This document shows, one piece after another, positions 38,431 to 47,720 of a stretch of DNA of 64,000 nucleotides. Source of the stretch: Gaiellaceae bacterium (GTDB lineage Bacteria > Actinomycetota > Thermoleophilia > Gaiellales > Gaiellaceae); contig DATFCX010000010.1 in the NCBI GenBank assembly GCA_035252585.1, positions 483 through 64,482 on the forward strand, given 5' to 3'. The notes under the pieces are model-generated. The model did no database searches, had not been told where the DNA came from, and was given only the letters and a program-made list of their open reading frames with translations. The position numbers and the translations under genes are program-made. Position 1 is the stretch's first letter, and the number at the start of each line of letters is the position of its first letter.

Positions 38431-39180
38431 TCAGGGTGCTTTTGGCAAACGGGCGAGGACGCGGGTGAAGACGTTCGGCATCGCGTCTTGCAGCGGCGCG
38501 ACCGGGCCGTAGTACCAGGGCACCGTCGTCTCGCCGCGTCCCTCCTCGAGCGAGCGGAGCACATGCGCCGCGACTTCCTCCGGTCCGATCACGACCCGCT
38601 GGACGCGCCGCGGCAGCCAGGACTGCGGAAATCCCTCCGTCTCGGTGAAGCCGGGCTTCACCGTGTGCACCCGGATTCCCTCGCCGCGCAGCTCGGCCGC
38701 AGCCGTGCGGGAGAAGGCCAGCTGGGCGTGCTTCGAGGCTGAGTAGGGGCCGCTCGGCGGCCCGGCGACGACGCCCGACACGGAGACGATGTTCACGACG
38801 TCCGACGGCGCTGCGGCACGCAGGCCCGGCAGGAAAGCGCGCAGGCACCAGACCGCACCGAGGTAGTTGATGCGGATCAGCCGCTCGATCACCTCGGGAT
38901 CGCCGTGGACGAAGCTCGTCCGGCCCGGGATGCCGGCGTTGTTCACGAGCACGTCGATCCCGGGATGCCGCTCGAGGATGCGTGCGGCGAGGGCCTCGAC
39001 CGCGCCGCGGTCGGAGACGTCGCACAGCTCGGCCTCGCCGCCGATCTCCTCCGCCAGAGCTTCGAGGCGCTCGGCTCGCCGCGCGAGCAGGATGCAGAGG
39101 TCGCCGCGGCCGGCGAGCAGGCGGGCGATCTCGGCGCCGATGCCCGAGGAGGCGCCCGTGACGACCGCGACCCGGCCCAC
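38431..39180 (-). CDS. SDR-family oxidoreductase
   Basis: VAVVTGASSGIGAEIA (TGxxxGxG), NNAG, and YSASKHAQ (Y-x3-K). Confidence 0.85.
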   Translation of the reverse strand: MGRVAVVTGASSGIGAEIARLLAGRGDLCILLARRAERLEALAEEIGGEAELCDVSDRGAVEALAARILERHPGIDVLVNNAGIPGRTSFVHGDPEVIERLIRINYLGAVWCLRAFLPGLRAAAPSDVVNIVSVSGVVAGPPSGPYSASKHAQLAFSRTAAAELRGEGIRVHTVKPGFTETEGFPQSWLPRRVQRVVIGPEEVAAHVLRSLEEGRGETTVPWYYGPVAPLQDAMPNVFTRVLARLPKAP

Positions 39181-39218
39181 GCGGACAGGCTATCTCCGGC
39201 TTCTCTAGGATCGCGCCG

Positions 39219-39998
39219 ATGGCCGGACCGTTCGAGGGCAAGCGAGGACTCGTGCTCGGCGTCGCCAACAAGCGCTCGATCGCGTGGGCGATCGCGCGCG
39301 AGCTCGCGGCGGGGGGCGCAAGCCTTGCGTTCACGTACCAGGGCGAGCGGATCGAACCGACGGTGCGCGAGCTGGCAGCGTCGGTCGAGGCGCCGCTGGT
39401 GACGGAGTGCGACGTCCGCTCCGACGAGGACGTGGCGCGCGTCTTCGCCGAGGTGGGCGAGGCCTTCGGCGGCGAGCTCGACCTGCTCGTCCACTCGGTC
39501 GCGTTCGCGGCCGCCGAGGATCTCGAGGGCCGCTTCACCGACACGCCGCGCGACCGGTTCTGGCTCGCCGTCGACGTGAGCGCGTACTCGCTCGTCGCCT
39601 GTGCCCGCGCGGCCGAGCCGCTGATGGAGAAGGCCGGCGGCGGCGCGATCCTCACGATGACGTACCTCGGCGGCGAGCGCGCCGTGCCGCACTACAACGT
39701 GATGGGCGTGGCCAAGGCGACGCTGGACGCGTGCGTGCGCTACCTCGCCTGGGATCTCGGCGAGAAGAACATCCGCGTCAACGCGGTCTCGGCCGGGCCG
39801 GTGCGGACGCTCGCGGCCCGCTCCATCGCCGGCTTCACGACGATGGAGGACATCGTCGAGGAGCGCTCTCCGCTCCGCCGCCACATCACGGCGGACGACG
39901 TCGGCGCGGCGGCCGCGTACCTCCTCGGCGACGGCGCCGGCAACGTGACCGGCACGACGCTGTACGTCGACAGCGGCTACCACGCGATGGGCATGTAG
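39219..39998 (+). CDS. fabI: enoyl-[acyl-carrier-protein] reductase (NADH)
   Basis: GLVLGVANKRSIAWAIA, HSVAFA, and YNVMGVAKATLDA (Tyr/Lys pair). 259 aa. Confidence 0.9.
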   Translation: MAGPFEGKRGLVLGVANKRSIAWAIARELAAGGASLAFTYQGERIEPTVRELAASVEAPLVTECDVRSDEDVARVFAEVGEAFGGELDLLVHSVAFAAAEDLEGRFTDTPRDRFWLAVDVSAYSLVACARAAEPLMEKAGGGAILTMTYLGGERAVPHYNVMGVAKATLDACVRYLAWDLGEKNIRVNAVSAGPVRTLAARSIAGFTTMEDIVEERSPLRRHITADDVGAAAAYLLGDGAGNVTGTTLYVDSGYHAMGM

Positions 39999-40039
39999 CG
40001 AACCGGGCGCGCCGCCGCCGCCTCGGCCGTACTCCGTTC

Positions 40040-40750
40040 GTGAGACGCCTTCCCGCGCTGCTCGTGCTCGTCGTACTCGCTCGGGTCGGCGGGGCGGACG
40101 CCGCGCCGGGCTCACGTCCGGCGCACGTCCTGCTCGGCCGCTCGCAGCGCGGCCGTCCGATCGTCGCGCTCCACACCGGGAACCCGCGAGGGGTGCGCGT
40201 GCTCGTGGTGGGCCGCATCCACGGCACCGAGTGCGCCGGAATCCCGATCGCGCGCGCGCTCGCGCGTCTCCGGACCGGGCTCGACCTGTGGGTGATCCCG
40301 AACCTCGACCCGGACGGCTATGCGATCGGCAGGCGCCAGAACGGGCGCGGCGTCGACCTGAACGCGAACTGGTCGTCGGGCTGGCGCGGCGGCGGCCGTC
40401 CCTGGGACACGTATTACCCGGGCCCGCGGCCGTTCTCCGAGAGGGAGACGCGGATCGCCCGCAACCTGATCCGCCGGCTTCGGCCGCGCGTCACGATCTG
40501 GTTCCACCAGCACATGAATCTCGTCTGGGCCTGGGGCCGGAGCAGCCGCGCCGGGCACATCTACGCGCGCGCCGCCGGCATGCGCTTCTACCACCATCAC
40601 TGGCTTCCCGGCACTGCTCCGAACTGGCAGAACCACCACCTACCAGGGACGGCCTCCTTCGTCGTCGAGCTCCCCGCCGGGACGCTCACGCCGCGGGTGC
40701 GCCGTCACGTGCGTGCCGTGCTCAGGCTCGGCTCGGCCCTCAGGCGCTGA
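40040..40750 (+). CDS. secreted M14-family zinc carboxypeptidase-like protein
   Basis: GTG 40040 gives the signal-like RRLPALLVLVVLARVGGADA. HGTE (H-x-x-E zinc site), NLDPDG, GVDLNANW, FSERET. This is the C-terminal part of track ORF 39284-40750. Confidence 0.7.
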   Translation: MRRLPALLVLVVLARVGGADAAPGSRPAHVLLGRSQRGRPIVALHTGNPRGVRVLVVGRIHGTECAGIPIARALARLRTGLDLWVIPNLDPDGYAIGRRQNGRGVDLNANWSSGWRGGGRPWDTYYPGPRPFSERETRIARNLIRRLRPRVTIWFHQHMNLVWAWGRSSRAGHIYARAAGMRFYHHHWLPGTAPNWQNHHLPGTASFVVELPAGTLTPRVRRHVRAVLRLGSALRR

Positions 40751-41654
40751 GGAGGCGGCGGGTCTCCGCCGCGATCACGAGCTCCTCGCGCGAGGCGACG
40801 ACCTCGACGCGGAGGTCGCCGAGGAAGCGGACGCGCTCGACGATCCGCTCGCGCACGTTCGCGGCGTGCTCGCCGATCCCGCCCGTGAACGCGAGGACGT
40901 CGAGGCCGCCGCAGGCCGTCGCCATCGCGGCCACCGCAGCCGCGACGCGATGGACGAAGACGTCGAGCGCGAGCGGAGAGGACTCCCTCACATCCCCGGA
41001 GCCGCTGCCGGAGAGACCGGCCAGCCCCGACTCGTGCTCGAGCGCGTCCGCGAGCTCCTTCTCGGTCAGCAGTCGCTCGCGCAGCAGGTAGAGGAGCGCG
41101 CCGGGGTCGACGGAGCCCGAGCGGGTCGCCATCGGCACCCCCTCGAGCGGGGAGAATCCCATCGTGGTGTCGACCGAGCGCCCCTCGAGCACGGCCGTGA
41201 CCGAGCAGCCGCCGCCGAGGTGGCAGACGACGAGACGCTCCGCCTCGACCTGCGAGGCGACCCACTGGACGGAGATTCCGTGGAAGCCGTAGCGGTGGAC
41301 GTTCCATTCCTCCCGCCAGCGCTCGGGGATCGCGTAGGTCGAAGCGGCTCGGGGGAGAGTGCGGTGGAACGCCGTGTCGAAGACCGCGACGTGCGGGACG
41401 TCCGGCAGCGCCTTGCGCGCGCGGCGGATCTCCTCGAGCGCGCGGCGGTTGTGGAGCGGCGCGAGCGTCGACAGGTCCTCGATCGCCCGCTCGACGCCGT
41501 CGTCGACGAGCACCGGCCCGAGGAACCGTCGCCCGCCGTGCACGACGCGGTGGCCGACCGCGCCCGCCGCGGCGAAGTCGTCCACGGGCCGGGATTCGTC
41601 TCCGGTGACGAGGTGAAGCTTGAGGCTCGTGGAGCCCGCGTTGACCACCAGCAC
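40740..41654 (-). CDS. ackA: acetate kinase, unusually compact (304 aa)
   Basis: [51 protein letters not shown] and REELVIA are all present in canonical order. Confidence 0.8.
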   Translation of the reverse strand: MLVVNAGSTSLKLHLVTGDESRPVDDFAAAGAVGHRVVHGGRRFLGPVLVDDGVERAIEDLSTLAPLHNRRALEEIRRARKALPDVPHVAVFDTAFHRTLPRAASTYAIPERWREEWNVHRYGFHGISVQWVASQVEAERLVVCHLGGGCSVTAVLEGRSVDTTMGFSPLEGVPMATRSGSVDPGALLYLLRERLLTEKELADALEHESGLAGLSGSGSGDVRESSPLALDVFVHRVAAAVAAMATACGGLDVLAFTGGIGEHAANVRERIVERVRFLGDLRVEVVASREELVIAAETRRLLSA

Positions 41655-41674
41655 GTCGATGGAAGGAGAGTGCC

Positions 41675-43996
41675 ATGACCGACGACGAACTCCGCCTCCT
41701 CGATGCGTACTGGCGCGCCGCGAACTATCTCTCGGTCGGGCAGATCTACCTGCTCGACAACCCGCTCCTGCGCGAGCCGCTCATGCCGGAGCACGTCAAG
41801 CCGCGGCTGCTCGGCCACTGGGGGACGACGCCCGGCCTCAACTTTCTCTACACGCATCTGAACCGCGCGATCCGCGAGCGCGGCCTCGACGCGATCTTCG
41901 TCTGCGGTCCCGGCCACGGCGGGCCTGCGGTCGTCGCGCAGTCGTACCTCGAGGGGACGTACAGCGAGCTCTACCCGCACGTCACGCGCGACGAGGACGG
42001 GCTGCGGGCGCTGTTCCGCCAGTTCTCGTTCCCCGGCGGGATCCCGAGCCACGCCGCGCCCGAGACGCCGGGCTCGATCCACGAGGGCGGCGAGCTCGGG
42101 TACGCGCTCTCGCACGCCTACGGCGCCGCCTTCGACGATCCGGCCCTGACCGTCGCCTGCGTCGTCGGCGACGGCGAGGCGGAGACCGGGCCGCTCGCCA
42201 CGAGCTGGCACTCGAACAAGCTCTCGAACCCGGAACGGGACGGCCGCGTCCTCCCGATCCTCCACCTCAACGGCTACAAGATCGCGAACCCGACCGTCCT
42301 CGCGCGGATCCCGGAGGACGAGCTCGCCTCGCTGCTGCGCGGCTACGGCCACGAGCCGCTCGTCTTCACCAGCGGGTTCGACGACGAGGACGTCCTCTCG
42401 ATCCACGGCCGTTTCGCCGAGCTGCTCGACCACGCGCTCGACGACCGGCGGGCGACGATCGTGTTCCGCACGCCGAAGGGCTGGACCGGGCCGCGCGAGG
42501 TCGACGGAGTGCAGGTCGAGGGGACGTGGCGGGCGCACCAGGTGCCGCTCGCGGAGGTGAGGACGAACGAGCGGCACCGGCGCCAGCTGGAGGAGTGGTT
42601 GCGGAGCTACCGGCCGGAGGACCTGTTCGACGACGCCGGAGCCCTGCGCGAGGAGCTCGTCCTGCTCGCGCCCGAGGGCGAGCGCCGGATGTCGGCGAAC
42701 CCGAAGGCGAACGGGGGCCTCCTCCTGCGCGACCTGGTGCTGCCGGACTTCCGCCGCTTCGCGGTCGACGTGGACGAGCCCGGCGGCACGACCGCCGAGG
42801 CGACGCGCGTCCTCGGCCGCTGGCTCACCGAGGTCGTGCGCGCGAATCCCGACAACTTCCGCATCTTCGGCCCCGACGAGACGGCGTCGAACCGCCTCGA
42901 CGCCGTGTTCGAGGTGACGGCCAAGCAGTGGAACGCGCGGGTGGAGCCCGTCGACGAGCACCTCGCGCCGAGCGGCCGGGTCGTGGAGATGCTCTCCGAG
43001 CACCAGTGCCAGGGCTGGCTCGAGGGCTACCTCCTCACCGGGAGGCACGGGCTCTTCAACTGCTACGAGGCGTTCATCCACATCGTGGACTCGATGTTCA
43101 ACCAGCACGCGAAGTGGCTGAAGGTCACGCGCGCCATCCCGTGGCGGCGGCCGATCGCCTCGCTCAACTACCTGCTGAGCTCGCACGTCTGGCGCCAGGA
43201 TCACAACGGCTTCTCGCACCAGGATCCCGGCTTCATCGACCACGTCGTGAACAAGAAGGCGGAGATCATCCGCGTCTACCTCCCTCCGGACGCGAACTGC
43301 CTCCTCTCGGTGGCCGATCACTGCCTGCGCAGCCGGCACTACGTGAACGTGATCGTCGCCGGGAAGCAGCCGGCGCTGCAGTTCCTGCCGATGGACGACG
43401 CGATCCTCCACTGCACGCGCGGCGTCGGAATCTGGGACTGGGCCTCGAACGACGACGCCGGCGAGCCCGACGTCGTGCTCGCGTGCTGCGGAGACGTGCC
43501 GACACTCGAGACGCTCGCCGCGGCGTCGATCCTCCGCGAGCGGCTGCCGGAGCTCGAGGTGCGCGTCGTCAACGTCGTCGACCTGATGCGGCTCGAGCCC
43601 GAGAGCGAGCACCCGCACGGGCTTCCCGACCACGAGTTCGACTCCATCTTCACGACGACGCGCCCCGTCGTCTTCGCCTACCACGGCTACCCGTGGCTGA
43701 TCCACCGGCTCACGTACCGCCGCACGAACCACGCCAACATCCACGTGCGCGGGTACAAGGAGGAGGGGACGACCACGACGCCGTTCGACATGGTCATGCT
43801 CAACGACCTCGACCGATACCACCTCGTCATCGACGTGATCGATCGCGTGCCGGGCCTGGTCGAACGCGCCGGCCACCTCCGGCAGGAGATGGAGGACGCG
43901 CGGCTGCGCGCCCGCGCCTACGCCCGCGAGCACGGGGAGGACGCGCCCGAGGTGGCGGAGTGGCGCTGGCCGCCGGAGGCGGTCGTCTCGCCCTAG
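41675..43996 (+). CDS. xfp: xylulose-5-phosphate/fructose-6-phosphate phosphoketolase
   Basis: [43 protein letters not shown] and the rest of a 773-aa colinear phosphoketolase. SD GGAAGGAGAG upstream. Confidence 0.95.
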   Translation: MTDDELRLLDAYWRAANYLSVGQIYLLDNPLLREPLMPEHVKPRLLGHWGTTPGLNFLYTHLNRAIRERGLDAIFVCGPGHGGPAVVAQSYLEGTYSELYPHVTRDEDGLRALFRQFSFPGGIPSHAAPETPGSIHEGGELGYALSHAYGAAFDDPALTVACVVGDGEAETGPLATSWHSNKLSNPERDGRVLPILHLNGYKIANPTVLARIPEDELASLLRGYGHEPLVFTSGFDDEDVLSIHGRFAELLDHALDDRRATIVFRTPKGWTGPREVDGVQVEGTWRAHQVPLAEVRTNERHRRQLEEWLRSYRPEDLFDDAGALREELVLLAPEGERRMSANPKANGGLLLRDLVLPDFRRFAVDVDEPGGTTAEATRVLGRWLTEVVRANPDNFRIFGPDETASNRLDAVFEVTAKQWNARVEPVDEHLAPSGRVVEMLSEHQCQGWLEGYLLTGRHGLFNCYEAFIHIVDSMFNQHAKWLKVTRAIPWRRPIASLNYLLSSHVWRQDHNGFSHQDPGFIDHVVNKKAEIIRVYLPPDANCLLSVADHCLRSRHYVNVIVAGKQPALQFLPMDDAILHCTRGVGIWDWASNDDAGEPDVVLACCGDVPTLETLAAASILRERLPELEVRVVNVVDLMRLEPESEHPHGLPDHEFDSIFTTTRPVVFAYHGYPWLIHRLTYRRTNHANIHVRGYKEEGTTTTPFDMVMLNDLDRYHLVIDVIDRVPGLVERAGHLRQEMEDARLRARAYAREHGEDAPEVAEWRWPPEAVVSP

Positions 43997-44838
43997 AAGC
44001 GCGCGCGGCGGGCGAGACCCGCCGCGGTGAGCACCCAGGCGGCGAGCGCGATCCCGAAGAAGACCGTGCCGACGTCGCGCAGGGCGGAGTAGCCGTCGGC
44101 GCCGCCGAGCACGCGGCTCGCGACGCCGTACATTCCCAGCGGGAAGACGAAGCTCCAGCGGGCCGCCTCGTACCGCCACCGCCGCACGCGCAGCTCCGTC
44201 ACCACGAGGAACGGAAACGCGGCCGAGGCGGCGGCCCAGGTGGCGAGCGCGACGCTCGAGCCGAGGGCTCCGCGGTCGAGCAGGAGCTCGGCGGCCGCGA
44301 GCGTCGTGATGGCGAGCGCCCCCATCACGATCCAGTGGGTGGGGTTGAAGCGGCGTTCCCGTACCGAGCTGTGGACGATCCTGCCGGCGACGACCGGATA
44401 GAGCGCGAAGCCGAGCGCCCAGAAGGCGAGGGCCGGCGCACGGAGTGGAGCCACGCCGTGCCGGTCCAGCTCGGCGGCGAGCACGCTCAGCGACTGCGTC
44501 GCGACGATCGAGAGCAGCGAGCCGGCCGCCTCGCTCCGGACGGTGACGGCGACCACGAGCCAGAGCGCGACCGAGAGAGACCAAAGCGCGAGCGCGAGCT
44601 GCCCCTCTCCCGCCAGCAGGAAGTCGGCGCCGATGACGGCCGTGCCGGCGACGACGGCGAAGGAACGGATCGAGCGCGCCCGCAGGATCGCGGCGAGAGC
44701 GATCCAGACCAGGCACGCGCACGCGAGCAGGAGGTCTGCGAGCGGGGCGATCCCCTCGAGCCGCGCACCGACGCCGAGGATCCCGGTCGCCATGACGACC
44801 GCGAACGCGCCGGCGTCGACCCCCTCGAGCGCGCGCAC
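43993..44838 (-). CDS. TehA/Mae1 (TDT)-like anion channel/transporter
   Basis: 281 aa with about 9-10 TM. The N-terminus [18 protein letters not shown] resembles the TDT family start. GTG start 9 nt after the MoaD-like stop. Family call tentative. Confidence 0.55.
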   Translation of the reverse strand: MRALEGVDAGAFAVVMATGILGVGARLEGIAPLADLLLACACLVWIALAAILRARSIRSFAVVAGTAVIGADFLLAGEGQLALALWSLSVALWLVVAVTVRSEAAGSLLSIVATQSLSVLAAELDRHGVAPLRAPALAFWALGFALYPVVAGRIVHSSVRERRFNPTHWIVMGALAITTLAAAELLLDRGALGSSVALATWAAASAAFPFLVVTELRVRRWRYEAARWSFVFPLGMYGVASRVLGGADGYSALRDVGTVFFGIALAAWVLTAAGLARRARF

Positions 44839-44847
44839 GCGCGGGCG

Positions 44848-45111
44848 CTACCCGCCGCTGATCGCAGCGATGACGTCGAGGCGCGAGCGCTCCGCGATCG
44901 CCGTGTCCAACCCGGCACGCTCGCCGTCGACGTAGACGTGGAGGTGCCGGCGCAGGGCCGGCCCCTCCTCGACGATCCGGTCGCGCAGCCCGGGCCACTG
45001 CGTCTCGAGCGAGTCGATCGCCGCGAGCACGGTCGCGGCCTCGACCTCGACGCGGCGCGGCAGCCCGGGGAAGAGCGGGGTCAGCGTTCCTGGGAGCCTG
45101 ACGTCCGCCAT
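44848..45111 (-). CDS. MoaD/ThiS-family ubiquitin-like small protein ending in Gly-Gly
   Basis: ATG 45111 within track ORF 44848-45177. 87 aa, HVYVDGERAG...DVIAAISGG-stop. The start lies 2 nt after the BNR gene stop. Confidence 0.7.
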   Translation of the reverse strand: MADVRLPGTLTPLFPGLPRRVEVEAATVLAAIDSLETQWPGLRDRIVEEGPALRRHLHVYVDGERAGLDTAIAERSRLDVIAAISGG

Positions 45112-45113
45112 GG

Positions 45114-46187
45114 TCAGTCGAGAACCGCCACGTCGACCGACGAGATCGCCGGCAGGTAGCTCGCGATCTCGCTCCACGTCTCGCCCTCGTCGGCGCTCGC
45201 ATAGACCTGGCCGGTGCTCGTGCCGAAGTAGACGCCGGGGACGTCGTGCGTGTCGATCGTCATCCCCTGGCGCAGCACCCCGAGATACGCGTTCTCCTGC
45301 GGAAGGCCCGTGCGCATCGGCTGCCAGCTCGAGCCGGCGTCACGCGTGCGCCAGACGGTGAGCTTGCCGTCGTGCATCGTCCGATCGTGGAGTCCGTCGA
45401 CCGGTGCCACGTAGAAGGTGTCGCGATCGTGCGGGTGGGCCGCAGCGGCGAAGCCGAAATCGCCCGGCAGACCCTCGGTGATCTCGTTCCACGACTGGCC
45501 GGCGTCGTCGGAGCGGTGCACGCCGACGTGGTTCTGCTGGTACATGCGCTGCGGGTCGGCCGAGCGGACGAGCTTGTGGACGCAGAAGCCGACGTCCTCG
45601 TAGTCCGCGGGCCAGTCGCGCCGGAGGCCCTTGTTCCGCGGGGTCCACGACGAGCCGCCGTCCTCGGTCTGGAAGGCGCCGATGCCCTGGACGATCGCGA
45701 AGAAGTCGTCGGAATCTCCGCTGTCCGTGACGAAGCCCGAGATCCCCAGATGGCCGGGCGGCTGGTTCGCCGGGTCGTCCCAGCTCTCGCTGCCGTGCTG
45801 TCCGGACAGCGTCGACAGAAGCGCCCAGGTCTGGCCGTTGTCGCGGCTCTCGAAGATGCCCGGCGCCTCGACGCCGACGAGCAAGCGGTCGCCCGCGCGC
45901 GCGAGGGTCGAGGCCTTCGAGATCTTGCGCCCGTCGTCGTCGCCGTACGTGAGACCCTCGCTCGACTGCTCCCACGTCTCCCCGAGGTCGGGGCTGCGCC
46001 AGACGGTCGAGCCGTGCCACTCGCTCGCGGCAGCCGCGAAGATCGTGCCGGTGGTCGGGTCGTAGATGGCGTGGTAGACGGGCCATCCGTCGCAAAACGG
46101 GCCGCGCAGGTTCCAGTCGCGGCGGTCGTCGCTCTCGAGCAGGAACGTTCCCTTCCGCGTCGCGACGGTCAACAAAGTCTTCGGCAT
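45114..46187 (-). CDS. BNR/Asp-box repeat beta-propeller protein (sialidase/Ycf48-like fold)
   Basis: ATG 46187 is preceded by AGGAGAG. Six Asp-box-like repeats: SPDLGETW, SRDNGQTW, TEDGGSSW, SDDAGQSW, TRDAGSSW and SADEGETW. The upstream part of track ORF 45114-46577 is low-complexity. Confidence 0.8.
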   Translation of the reverse strand: MPKTLLTVATRKGTFLLESDDRRDWNLRGPFCDGWPVYHAIYDPTTGTIFAAAASEWHGSTVWRSPDLGETWEQSSEGLTYGDDDGRKISKASTLARAGDRLLVGVEAPGIFESRDNGQTWALLSTLSGQHGSESWDDPANQPPGHLGISGFVTDSGDSDDFFAIVQGIGAFQTEDGGSSWTPRNKGLRRDWPADYEDVGFCVHKLVRSADPQRMYQQNHVGVHRSDDAGQSWNEITEGLPGDFGFAAAAHPHDRDTFYVAPVDGLHDRTMHDGKLTVWRTRDAGSSWQPMRTGLPQENAYLGVLRQGMTIDTHDVPGVYFGTSTGQVYASADEGETWSEIASYLPAISSVDVAVLD

Positions 46188-46217
46188 CGATGCTCTCCTC
46201 ATCTCGCGGGGACTGTC

Positions 46218-46298
46218 GAGAGTGTCGCCGATTCGCACTCTCAGTGGTAGAGACTCCGCGGCTGCCGGAAAGTCATCGCTCCCGGCGGCCGCGGAGTC
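46218..46298 (-). other. two strong hairpins in the SRPBCC-BNR intergenic spacer (possible U-tract-less terminator/processing or regulatory element)
   Basis: Hairpin one: GAGAGTG (46218-46224) pairs with CACTCTC (46236-46242). Hairpin two is a 17-bp interrupted stem: GACTCCGCGGC-T-GCCGG (46252-46268), a 13-nt loop, then CCGGC-G-GCCGCGGAGTC (46282-46298). It starts 12 nt downstream of the SRPBCC stop. Confidence 0.5.
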
Positions 46299-46309
46299 GG
46301 AAGGTCGGA

Positions 46310-46747
46310 TCAGCCGGTCAGCGGCTTGCCGGTCTCGAGCAGCGTCTTGAGACCGGAGAGGACGAACATCCAGCCTCCGGAGACGCCCGCCGCGGTTTTC
46401 GGCGCACCCTCGAGCTGGTCGTGGACGACGGTGAGCTTGGTGATCCCGCCGTCCTGGGGTTCGATCTCCCAGGTGAGGCGGCTCGGCTCCTCCGCCGCCA
46501 TCTCGGGGTCGTAGGCCGAGATCCACTGGTGCACGAGCCGGTGTGGCCGGTCGGCCTCGAGCACCTCCTCGTCCCACTCGGTGTCGCCGATCACGGAGAA
46601 GCGGCGGCCGTCTCGTACCTCGATGCGGGCGCCGAAGAAGTACTGCTGCGTGAACTCCGGCTTCGTGATCGCGTCCCAGACCTGCTCGGGGGTGGCGCGG
46701 ATGAAGACGGAGTAGACCTGCGTTGTCTGTGCGGTAAGCGTGCTCAT
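46310..46747 (-). CDS. SRPBCC (AHSA1/START-like) family protein
   Basis: ATG 46747 overlaps the ArsR stop (ATGA). VFIRATPEQVWDAITKPEFTQQYFFG...RLTWEIEPQDGGITKLTVVHD is the typical Aha1-domain pattern. Confidence 0.8.
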   Translation of the reverse strand: MSTLTAQTTQVYSVFIRATPEQVWDAITKPEFTQQYFFGARIEVRDGRRFSVIGDTEWDEEVLEADRPHRLVHQWISAYDPEMAAEEPSRLTWEIEPQDGGITKLTVVHDQLEGAPKTAAGVSGGWMFVLSGLKTLLETGKPLTG

Positions 46748-47061
46748 GCGGTGTCCTCCAGTTCGTGCTTGAGATCCGCGAGCGCCGCGACGCGGTGCTC
46801 GGTGTACTTGTCGATCCACCGGTCGTGGATGAGCCGGATCGGAACCGGGTTCAGGAAGTGGAGCTTCTCCCGGCCCGCCCGGCGGGTGACGACGAGCCCG
46901 GAGTCCTCGAGCACGCGCAGGTGCTTCATCACGCCGAAGCGGGTCATCTCGAGCTCGGACTCGAGCTCCGTGAGCGTGCGGCCGTCGCGCTCGAAGAGCC
47001 GGTCGAGGAGATGGCGCCGTGTCGAGTCGGCGAGCGCCTTGAAGACCTGGTCGTCGTCCAC
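46744..47061 (-). CDS. ArsR/SmtB family transcriptional regulator
   Basis: VFKALADSTRRHLLDRL...LTELESELEMTRFGVMKHLRVLEDSGLV is a wHTH. 105 aa, GTG start. Confidence 0.85.
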   Translation of the reverse strand: MDDDQVFKALADSTRRHLLDRLFERDGRTLTELESELEMTRFGVMKHLRVLEDSGLVVTRRAGREKLHFLNPVPIRLIHDRWIDKYTEHRVAALADLKHELEDTA

Positions 47062-47072
47062 GCGGCGATTTT

Positions 47073-47092
47073 ACGTGACCAAAAGGTCACAT
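47073..47092. promoter_or_regulatory. inverted repeat, candidate ArsR operator
   Basis: ACGTGACC-AAAA-GGTCACAT. The core GTGACC/GGTCAC is perfect. It lies 12-31 nt upstream of the ArsR GTG in an AT-richer patch. Confidence 0.55.
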
Positions 47093-47103
47093 GTCAACTT
47101 GGT

Positions 47104-47691
47104 CTACGTGAACGGCTTCAGGACCATCGCGGCCACGACGATCAGGAGCACGCCCTCGTCTACCCGGGCAATGAGAAGGATCCGCCGGATGGCCGCCTGT
47201 GTCTCGGCCGCGTCCGCGCCCACCGTCTCGATCAGCTGTCCGATGCGCTTCGCCTGAGGGCCGAGGACGAGGAGGCCGGTCAAGAACGTGATCACGTAGC
47301 CGACCAGCCCCACCACGATCCAGGACGTTCCCCAGTCCAGGTTCAGGTTGACGACCATCGCTATGCCCATCGCGAGCACCAGCAGGCCGATGGGGGCGAA
47401 CACTCGCTCGCCGATGAATGCAGCCTGTCTCGCAATCGTCGCCATCTCAGAGGGATCGGATGAGCGCTCGGCTCGCAGCGCGAGGATCGTCAGCGTCAGG
47501 CCTCCGCCGACCCAGAGGACGGCTCCGGTCACGTGCACCCACTTGAAGAAGGCATACCAGTGCGACGGAGCGACGTTCGTCTTGAAGACGAAGACGAGCG
47601 CGAGGGCCAGGACGGCGAGCCCGACCACGGCGGTGACCGTGGTCGAGGCGCGGCGGTCTGTGGCCGTCGCGGCGGGATGTGAAGTGTCCAT
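47104..47691 (-). CDS. integral membrane protein (DUF2269-like, tentative)
   Basis: ATG 47691 within track ORF 47104-47787. Four TM spans; FFKWVHVTGAVLWVGGGLTL. Confidence 0.5.
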   Translation of the reverse strand: MDTSHPAATATDRRASTTVTAVVGLAVLALALVFVFKTNVAPSHWYAFFKWVHVTGAVLWVGGGLTLTILALRAERSSDPSEMATIARQAAFIGERVFAPIGLLVLAMGIAMVVNLNLDWGTSWIVVGLVGYVITFLTGLLVLGPQAKRIGQLIETVGADAAETQAAIRRILLIARVDEGVLLIVVAAMVLKPFT

Positions 47692-47720
47692 GGCGCGAGT
47701 AAACGCGATTGCTCGGACGG

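Noticed and set aside
41066-45202. Very long ORFs in the track: the 1378-aa minus-strand ORF here, and similarly 41620-45159, 56583-59972, 56522-60340, 28654-30924, 7994-9604, 11224-13881, 26225-28417 and others.
   Set aside because: They are antisense or out-of-frame shadows of genes with clear family motifs (xfp, kinase, MMPL, YihY, pyrF/pfkB, glmS). Their translations are Arg/Pro/Gly/Ala low-complexity strings without motifs. Stop-poor alternative frames are expected at this GC content.
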